DNA of 64,000 bases from Mytilus trossulus. Taxonomy: Eukaryota. The translations under genes and the position numbers were made by a program. Below the pieces are notes generated by a model that was not told the origin of the DNA, made no database searches, and was given only the letters and a program-made list of their open reading frames with translations. The stretch spans positions 50,654,001-50,718,000 of the forward strand of contig NC_086380.1 in assembly GCF_036588685.1 (NCBI RefSeq), written 5' to 3'. The stretch's first letter is position 1. Each line of letters opens with the position of its first letter. Positions 54,245 to 64,000 of the stretch are shown here, piece after piece.

Positions 54245-54856
54245 TGAATATCAATTATATGGTCAGTTTTATAAATTTTCTGTATACAAAACTTTGAATT
54301 TTTCGAAAAACTAAGGATTTTCTTACCCCAGGAGTAGATTACCTTAGCCGTATTTGGCACAACTTTTTGGAATTTTGGATCCTCAATGCTCTTCAACTTT
54401 GTATTCATTTGGCTTTTTAACTATTTTGATCTGAGCGTCACTGATGAGTCTTATGTAGACGAAACGCGCGTCTGGCGTATAAAATTATAATCCTGGTACT
54501 TTTGAGAACTATTTACACCACTGGGTCGATGCCACTGCTGGTGGACGTTTCGTCCCCGAGGGTATCACCAGCCCAGTAGTCATCACTTCGGTGTTGACAT
54601 GAATATCAATTATTTGGTCATTTTTATAAATTTTCTGTATACAAAACTTTGAATTTTTCGAAAAACTAAGGATTTTCTTACCCCAGGAGTAGATTACCTT
54701 AGCCGTATTTGGCACAACTTTTTGGAATTTTGAATCCTCAATGCTCTTCAAATTTGTATTTATTTGGCTTTTTAACTATTTTGATCTGAGCGTCACTGAT
54801 GAGTCTTATGTAGACGAAACGCGCGTCTGGCGTATAAAATTATAATCCTGGTACTT
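54245..54856 (+). mobile_element. Non-LTR retrozyme, about 1.7 tandem copies of a 355-nt unit with two hammerheads (54435-54478 and 54790-54833)
   Basis: Near-identical tandem repeat; GUC cleavage sites at 54472 and 54827. Confidence 0.9.
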
Positions 54857-55212
54857 ATATATATATTTCTCTAATTCTTCGTCAATTTATCCCTTTCTGC
54901 ACCCATTGTATACCAAAAATTTAATCAACGTGTGGTTCGTTTGATCTCAGTACTTCATTGGTTAAAATCAGATTGTGACGTCGAATTTTCTTGCTTTCCT
55001 CTGAATTTCCTATTGTGACGGCATGAAAAAGGCGACCATGTCTGACGACGTCACATAGAAAGAACACATCTTTTTGCAGATCATTCGAAAAGAAAGAATA
55101 TGTTTGCCTGCATAATGTTAGAAAATCATTAGAGAAACAGATTCCACCACCAAATATCGTGTAATACGATATTTATCCACTCTCAACAGTTAAATTATCA
55201 ATTTTAAAGTCC

Positions 55213-56454
55213 TTGCTGAGGCGGCTCAAACATGAGCGTGATAGAGCTGTGGGAATGGTACAAGCAGATATGCGTCATATTGACGTCGCAAACAACTTTG
55301 GTGTTTCTAAATTGACAATAACAGGATCAATGAGTCGTCTAAGACAGACTGGGTTCTCAAATGACAGACGACGTAGTGGACGTCCAAGAGAAACGACGTT
55401 ACGCCAAGATCGTCGAATAAAATTCACACATCTCAGGAATCGGTTTTTACCAGCTACAATTACCGCTAGACAATCACCTGGAAGCCATAATCCAAGGATA
55501 TCAGCCCAAACAGTACGTAATAGGCTAAGAGAGGCTGGTTTACGTTCACGACGTCTAGTAGTAGGAGCCATTCTAAAACAGTGTCATCGAACTGCACGCC
55601 TACACATGTACATTGGGCAAATGCACATTTGTATTGGAATCGTGTAAGGTGGCAAAACGTCATTTTTAGCGATGAGTCAAGATTTCTCTTACGTAGAAGT
55701 GATTGCAGAATGAGAGTGAACCGACGTCAAAATGAACGTTATGCAGACGCGTGTGTACATGAATGTGATCGCTTTGGTGGTGGTGGTGTGATGGTTTGGG
55801 CAGGAATCACGCATTGTGGACGAACTGACTTGACGTTCATTAACGAAAGCCTTACTGGAGTTCGTTATCGTGATATATTTCTCTCTCCCATTGTACAACC
55901 ATTCATTGCAAGGCATAGAAATCGGCATAGTTTCCAACAGGACAATGCTAGGTGCCACGTGGCACGTGTATCAACACAATATCTTGGACAAAATAACATT
56001 GATAAAAATAAAATTGACATTCTTCCATGGCCAGCTTTATCACCAGATCTATCACCCATTGAACATTTATGGGATGAACTTGTTAAACGTTTTCGCAGAC
56101 GTCATCAACCACCAGAGTCAGTCAACCAGCTACGAGCCGCCTTAGTGGAAGAGTGGAATAACATTCAACAAGCATTTATTCAACGATTACTTGGATCAAT
56201 GCGTCGGCGATTGACTGCTTTTATCGACGCAAGAGGTGGCCATACGCGATATTAACTCTTCAACTTTTGGTTTTGACAACAACAACTTCAACAGCCCTTG
56301 AAATAAGGAAAATTATTTGTGATTTGTTATCTTTGTTAAGTTTGTGTGCTTTGATGTCATTGTTTCATAAAATACAAAACAAAAACAATATTGTTGAAAA
56401 ATAAAGTAGATATTTTTGATAAAAATCAGGTATCGTTTCTTTTTGTGGCTAGTA
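55213..56454 (+). mobile_element. Tc1-family transposon, 5'-truncated, with frameshifted transposase (55213-56255)
   Basis: HTH plus GRPR, FSDESRF, FQQDNA and SPDLSPIEHLW motifs; right-end-like atcgtttctttttgtggctag followed by TA; no left TIR found. Confidence 0.93.
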
Positions 56455-56701
56455 TATATATCATTCCTAAATACTGAAAAAAAAGTTCAGTTGACGATCG
56501 CTTTTTCCTAACTTTTCTACCTATGTGTATTTTAATTCTAATCGTTGTGTTCATAAAAGATCAGTAACTGTATATTGCCCTGCAATTCTGAAACAAAACA
56601 AAAAAGACTGGTATAATTCGACTATAATCTAAACAAGGGGAAACATACTGCCGTACAATCTAACTATCAGTCAAAATGTAACCATTGGAAAGTATATACA
56701 C

Positions 56702-57342
56702 AGTGTACGGTTTTTAAATATTTTGGTAATTCGGGAGACTGTACATGTCAAGCGGGGTTCTGACATTCGACAAAAAACAAGTTGCTTGATTAAAACTTTT
56801 ATGAACCAGTATAGAAGTATAGTATGGGTAGTATAGTTTGCCAACGATTGCAGAGTAAAGCTCTCAAGTGATTGTACAGGAAAGTTTCAAGTGATTGTAC
56901 AGTTAGATCGCAAGCGATTCAAGAAAACTATTCGACATGGATAAAAATAATGTATTTGGGTTTTTACTGCGACAATGGTTTTAAATCATCAAGACAGGTA
57001 AGACTATAATATACCAGAAATGGTACACGTGAACATTCTGGTAGTAACGATTGTTTTCTTGATGTTTTTTTGACATTTTGTATCGCTGTTGTGTGGCAGT
57101 TTCGATCGTTTTACTCGGAGCTCCTCCATCCTTAAGAACACGTTAGGATGGATATTTCTTTTTTACCATTTGATTGATTCATATTTATATGTTGAATGTT
57201 TTAGCTACCGAAACTTGAAGCAGAAACGTTAAACAGTAAGATGAATTTCATAAAAATTTTCATCAAGCAGCTTCATATGTCATATGTCGGAGCCCCGCTT
57301 GACAGTCTCCCGAATAACCAAACTATTAGAAAACCATACAGT
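56702..57342. mobile_element. MITE with ~55-bp TIRs
   Basis: ttcgggagactg...tcaagcgggg.tc.gacat mirrored by atgtcggagccccgcttgacagtctcccgaa. Confidence 0.8.
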
Positions 57343-60300
57343 TCCGTCCCCAGCTTCCCACACTGTAATATACAGTTGATACATTTACAGATCGGACTAA
57401 TGGTCTAGATTTTATTTTTAAATATCTAAATGAGTTGACCTTAACGAGACGTGGGTGTTATTGGCAGAGCCCGGAACTGTATCAGTGGAGCCTAGGGCGA
57501 CAATACATTGGTTATGTTTTAAGAATGATAAGAGCAAAAACTATGTTTGCATATTATTTTATTTGAAGAATTCATAAGTGTTTTTTTCTTGTTTTTTGCT
57601 TTGATTTTTATAAGAATTTGCGTTTTCCTAAAAAAAAAACTTTTTTCCGAAAATAATAATAAATAATAATAAAAAAACAACATTTTCCTGGTTTAGATTT
57701 TTTACCAATTTTTGTTTGAAAAAATAAATTTTCAATTTTCAGAGAAAGTTATAATATAATTCGGTCTATTCTCATTTTTTACACTTCTGGTCTGAATTAA
57801 GATTACTGCACTCTTAAAAATAAGAAGTGTGTTGGTCTCGTAAGTTATCTCCAAATGAAACATTGTTAAACTTGTTAATTCTCCAAACAACGTAAATAGT
57901 TATTGGAGTGGCGTGTTTCTGTAAATATAAACGAACAATGACTTTTCCATATCTGGTTTACAATTTTAATTTGATATCTGCATGCTACAAATAAAGTCTA
58001 TAATATATTACAGAATGAGATTTAGAACGATTTGTATTAAAATAAAGACCTTACAATTGCCCTTTTGTTAAATGATAGAGTAGTTAATTGTAGTAGTTGA
58101 CAGGTAAATGTTAAACTTTAGTGCACTAATCATATAACTTGCTGGCCTTGCATGGTGGTGAAATTGATTTTATACAAATAAAATTTAGGGATGATTGTCT
58201 ACTTAAATAGAAAATTGCGCAAAAAGATGTCAACACGGTCGATTAATGAAAATTTATGTCACGTATATTATAGATGTACATTTTTGTATTTAAAGAAAAA
58301 ATATAACATCAAAAATATAAATTTTCATTCACTAGAATAGATAACTGGTTATTGATCGAATGATGACCGTGAAAGAAAATGCATGTGTGTTCTACTGACC
58401 GTTTATGAATGTACACGCTGAAGGGTCAAGAAGAATTCCCTGACCAGTTTTAACAAGAAAATTTCACAACCTGTACATTTATAGAAAATATTTAAACCGC
58501 AACATTTTCGATACATGCGATAGTCGGTTAAAGAGCTCTCGAATGGTGCTCATTTGTTGTCTGGTATTATGTATATCATATGTCAGCTTAAAATAAAAGT
58601 TACTAACTTTCTTTCGCGTTATAAACAGTGAAAAACATTTGTTTATCTCTTGGGCGATTCATTCATTGAATCTTCCGTATGTCATATTTCCAGAGAGTTC
58701 GCCAAAGTACACCCCCAGCTAGGTCACGCGTCTACTTAACACGGTGGATCACACAGTCACGATTTGTACGTCCGTCCTGTTGAAAATTAGTTTGTTCTGG
58801 AAGCGTAAAAAAAAAAAAATTCCATCCAAACTTGTACCGATTATCCCGTCCTTCATCCGATTTTAGTCCGATTTGCATCTTTCCCATGGTTAAAAACGAC
58901 CGAATATATCTCGACAGCGTCCCTATTAAGCTGTATGCGACGCAACAGACATCAGACAGTGACCAGACAGTGAACCGACGCTGACGGAAGATATCCGTTA
59001 GAAAACTGTCTCTATATTTGGGATGATCAGGTACTGTCGGAACACAACCCTATCACAGTTTGCTGGACAACATTTCAAACGGCTTTGTATAGACTCGTAT
59101 CGTGTTCTGTAATTTTCAGGACTCAGACGAGGGTCCTATTGCTAATTTCGTATTAATAACGGGACTGTTCCGGAACGGTTTCGTCACAGACGGTTCGTAT
59201 TCAGGATGTGGATTCAACCGGCAAAACATAGCAATGACAAATCGCACCAGATCATGCCCGGTCCATAGGACAAAGTCTACATTGTAACTCAGAACATTGT
59301 TACGATTTTGATCCGATACAGCAGAGTCTGTCGTGACATAATCAAGATTGTAATCCGACTAGACAAAATCGGATGAGTGTTCCCGAATGTTACGAGACGC
59401 ATCTAACTATCTGGGGTGCTTCGATCCGTTCGAATATGTAACGAACGTTTACAACAGCATTTAGCCAAAAATAGGACACTCCAGATCATTGTGGAATCCG
59501 ACTTATTTACTTTTCGTGTTTAAACGATGTCTGATTTCAAACGGGAGCAACAATCGGCACTGTGATAACGCCGCGTAAACGTTTCAATTTTCAGTTACGA
59601 TTCACAGGATCTTAATCAGACTTGGGACAAATTCGAATCTAGAATTGTCCTGTCAAGGACAACAGTAAAAATCTAAATTAAAAATCGTGAATGTGTAACC
59701 CTGGCTTAAATCGACTCTATTTTAATGTTTCCGTGACAAATTGTCAGCGGGGCTTATTTTTTTATATCCCTGTCTTTCCGCCTGTAAATATAATTTACAA
59801 TAACAGTGGTATATATATTAAATGCTACCTCTCTATCAGCATATATGCTAAATCCCAAGTTAAGTTAAGTTTCTGCTTCAATGTAAATTTTTTAAACATT
59901 TTTGAAATGGGTTATCAAAGCAAAAGCAAATTCAGGATATGATTTAGATGTTTTTCTTTCTGTAGAACCTCTAGTCTTGTTTTCATTCTGAATTTTGCCC
60001 AATATTGTAATTATCTATAGGCGAGCGCCAAAACACGGATTCTGAGGTTTTTAATGCACCTATACTAGAATATATATAATTGAGTTGAATTTTGAATAGG
60101 GAAGTATAAATCCAGAGTACTTCATGTGGCTGTTTAATATCTCTATCTTTGTTTCGGGTTGTCTTTTCTTATTTGAACAATAATAGTGTATGTTTGTATA
60201 AGGGCAACTACAATACTCAGCTTATATTGTTATGTAAAGTATTTGGAATTTGCTTTTATGCATTATAACAAAGGGACAATCAAACTCATTACCAGAAGAC

Positions 60301-62053
60301 AAACTAACATCGCACACACGTCATAGCAAAAAATCAAACAATAAAAAAAGACCAGCGCCAGTCTTCAAAGCACTACACAGAAACCTAAGGATCAACAAAT
60401 ACCTAACAAATACTGGAAGAGGTCTTAGATGCTCCTAAAGGGTTACACATCCTGCTCCACATGTGACACTGGTCTTGATGGTCATGTATAATTCAGCTGA
60501 CAAGTCTCGAGCATTCTAAGTGAAGTCATACTTGAGGAAGATTACAGAGAAATGTGGTATCAACACTTGGAAAATATCCGTGTCTCAGATATCCCCTAAT
60601 GTTCAACCAACTCGTGATGGGTCCGTAAATCAGTCAAGGCAGGACTGCAATTTTATCTGGTCGATACCCTAGGTTTTATGAGCTTCTTTGTAAGCAGCAA
60701 CCCTCTACCACATAAATCATGTAAACTTCATAACATGAAATCAATTTGGATATTTCCTCCATATAAAGGAACTTCATCCATAGAAAATGTAATGTTCACA
60801 ATAAGGAAGCTGAAACTATAATTGTGAGTCTACTCACAATAGCATTCCCCAATTCCGCACTACTCTATGCACATCCTCATGTCTTGTACTATAACCGTCC
60901 ATCCTTCTATACCAATCCATTCGTTACGGAGGAGCTGCGTTTACCAGACAAATTAACAGACATGCAGACCAAATGACAGATGGACGCGGACACACGAATG
61001 GATGGACATGGTGATTCGTATATACACCTAAAGCTTTGCTTACAGGAGGTATACTCATGATTCCTTTTGTATTATTCACAGCAGACCATATATAGCTCAA
61101 GGTTAGATAAGGTTTGTAAACAATTATATCTGTGTTAACCTTGACGTTAATTTAATGTACGACGAATCCAGAGTCACATATTTGAAATGTTTAAACTTAG
61201 ATGATTGGCCATGGCCAAATTATTTTTATTTCAAAAGTAGTCAATTATATTTTTAGTAAACGTCGCTCGACTCTGGTAATCTATTAGTAACGTGAATGCT
61301 TTGCACGTATACGTATGAAGTACTAGGGTCGTTCTTGGTCGGCTATTGGTATTTGCAACCCGATCCCAAGCACGCACTCAGTTGGGGCGACCTGGTAGAA
61401 ACCTATTTTTCATTCTTCTATACTATCAGATTATTACGTGGCATTTCCCAGATAAATTATGGGATAACCTTTGTACATTCATGGTTTCATGAGAAATAAA
61501 CTATCTAATAAACTATTTATCAGCAGAGGGATCTGTGTCAGTCCTCGAGTCTTTGCGTCGTGGGCTTACATTGACCGAAGAATTATAATACATCTGTGGC
61601 TGTGTCAACGAAACTGTCATATAACTAGGACGTGTCTTAGGATGGTCTCAGAACAATACATTGTTTACTTAACTATAGAAACCACTAAATAAATAACCAG
61701 CAAAGCCCCTGAATGACTGCGGGTACTAGGCAGAATAACCAGTGGCAGATCACGAGGGCCGTAGAGGGTGTACGCACCTCTTACTTGCACTTTTCTTTTT
61801 ATTAGGACTATACTATAATTAATCCCACTAGATATCGTTGTTAACCTTGTCATTTCACGTATATCTATTTTTTATGGGACAATTCGTTATATATAAATAA
61901 TTTGTTTGTTTCTATTTACATGTAATAAATTATTGATTAATATTTCAACGTAACATGATTTGGCAAATTGCCACCGTGGAGTTGACCAACGTCCCTCGGT
62001 CATTATTAAAGTTAATAAACTCATCATAGATACCAGGACTAAATTTTGTATAT

Positions 62054-62097
62054 ACGCCAGACGCGTGTTTCGTCTACAAAAGACTCACAAGTGACGC
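62054..62097 (-). ncRNA. Mutated hammerhead (core CTTGTGA), probably inactive
   Basis: Same retrozyme family; catalytic core altered. Confidence 0.65.
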
Positions 62098-63105
62098 TCG
62101 AATACTCAGGATTGCTTAGGTTAAAAATGACAGGCATGATGCCTTTAAAGCGACAAAGGATGGAACAAGGACGTATTGACCCCTATTTCACAATTCCACC
62201 CAACAGAAGGTAATACTCCATTACAGTCACATGATAACAAAATGTTCCACAGCTTAAGTATTTACATACAAAACATGTTTAACCCCACACGCCCCAGTCC
62301 ATTTGTGCCTGATTGATAATAATCCCTAGTCAGTAATTCTTATTTAAATTTAAAGTCAATAGTACGGACCATTTGTTTTTCTCAGAGGGGAAGGAGAGGA
62401 AAGGGTAGGGATAATTTTGAACTTGTTTGTTTCTGAAACAACTATGATTGTACCTTGGTTGAAAACAGTAATCTAGTCCATTTGTTTTTCTATAAGACAA
62501 AATTAATTTCAAACAAATTCATTATTTGAATTTTTATTTTTACTATTTTTATAAAAGAAGACCAACGTATTTTTTTTTCTGCATGTAAATCCCAGGCAAT
62601 CCCCCTAAAAATAAAATGGTACGTGCCTTAACATTTGTTGGTTTTTGAATTACTTTTCTTCTTTTCCTTAATGTTTTTAACAGGATATGACTGTAACCGG
62701 AAAATCTGTTTCGCCGAAATGTTATACTGAGTCCTTTTTGCAAGGACCGACTGCAACTTGCCTACTGGGAATCCCCCTTTCTCAACCGTCATTCACAACT
62801 TTATTGTCATTTAAGACTCATTCGTATAAAGCCTTTGATTGATATTGAACCACTCATTTCCCTTGTTGGGTGAAACATTTCAACCGTACATTTGAATAAA
62901 AAATGCTTGTTTGACTTTCTTTATTTAAGTCGCGGTCGTATCTTACATTTCATTAAATGACCGTAAATCTTGTTTACAACAAGAAACCTGTGAGGTTATG
63001 CTTATTAATCTTACAACAAACGTCAGTCACCGTTGCAATTACTCATCTCTCCTTCGACTTGACTAGGATAGTGATCCGGTTTTATCCTGCAATATTGTGT
63101 CCTAC

Positions 63106-63250
63106 ACTGTAAAAACAGTGTTTAGATCCTAAACACTTATCTAAACACTTTTTCTGTGTATGTTTTGAAACGCGTTTAGCATCTAAACATGTTTAGATTT
63201 AAACAAGTGTTTAGATTTCAACAAGTGTTTATATGTTATATGTTTAGACC
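63106..63250. repeat. Transposon-end-like cluster of tgtttaga/tctaaaca motifs after cactgtaaaaa
   Basis: At least 7 direct or inverted copies of the short motif. Confidence 0.5.
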
Positions 63251-63893
63251 TTCCAACGGTTAGCTTACTAGTACTTTGATTTCACAGGAACTACTTGTGC
63301 GGTACAGCACTACAGGTTGAATAGTCCACACTGTTTTGTAAAATATACTATGCACGTGTACATTTCTGCTTTCATGTTCTTGCAATGATTTTTACCCTAA
63401 TAAAATTATTTTACTATACAGATACAGCCTACAGCCCTACATATATCGCTATCTTGTATCTGTATACTATACAGATATTGCTGTAAAGCTCCGCCCACTG
63501 ATGGACTGAGTATTGTATGAACCTGCGTGACCTCAGAATGTGTATTGCAGTCGCATTCCAATGACGTATTGTTTGACCTTATGCGAATTAACGATTACTT
63601 TTATACGTTGTGTTTGTTTTCAAACATTGCATAAGAGCAATACGAATTACCCCAATTTTGTGATAACATACACACACGAACAGCAGATGACAATTGTCGA
63701 TTTCAAAACTTGAATGTGTAACAAAATCAACCATGTAAATTTTAGCATGCATGTTTAGTGAATGTCAAGTCTGAAGCGTAAGACAACTCATACACTTCTG
63801 TTTCAAATTGGACAATGTTTTGTTATTTGTTTCTACTGTTAAAATAAGTTGTTATGTTAATAGTTATCAAAAGTACCAGGATTATAACTTAGT

Positions 63894-63936
63894 ACCCAGA
63901 CGCACGTTTCGTCTACATAAGACTCATCAGTGACGC
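63894..63936 (-). ncRNA. Type I hammerhead in a retrozyme running off the window end
   Basis: Core intact; stem III is cgtgcg instead of the palindromic cgcgcg. Confidence 0.8.
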
Positions 63937-64000
63937 TCAGATAAAAATATTTAAAAAGCCAAACAAGTACAAAAATGTACAAAGTTGAAGAGCATTGAGG

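Noticed and set aside
61200-63100. Higher-complexity region with short ORFs (possible LTR or retroelement remnant)
   Set aside because: No recognisable motif, paired LTR or primer-binding site was found

Overview
AT-rich eukaryotic genomic DNA, most likely a mytilid mussel (Mytilus-type retrozymes and Helentron-associated repeats; inferred, not database-checked). The six-frame ORF track is mostly noise, and the real genes are spliced. (1) A minus-strand ankyrin-repeat gene (4.5-11 kb) built mainly from 102-nt phase-0 exons, one repeat each. (2) A ~24-kb block (24.3-47.9 kb) holding an intact intronless BTB-BACK-like ORF and a large, decayed, multi-exon minus-strand gene. That gene reads as: PR-Set7-like SET domain, a USP-type Cys-box-like motif, C2H2-like zinc fingers, a duplicated exon module encoding a 14-aa repeat with ten histone-mimic KARKS motifs and SPxK sites, then a CxVxL/NLS exon. 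The KARKS exons are still open while the enzymatic exons carry stops. (3) A TE-rich right part with type I hammerhead retrozymes (355-nt tandem unit), a tRNA-derived SINE, a frameshifted Tc1 transposase, MITEs and a dispersed paired GATCGCTCTTTCC motif. No CRISPR, rRNA or true tRNA genes were seen. All domain calls are by eye.
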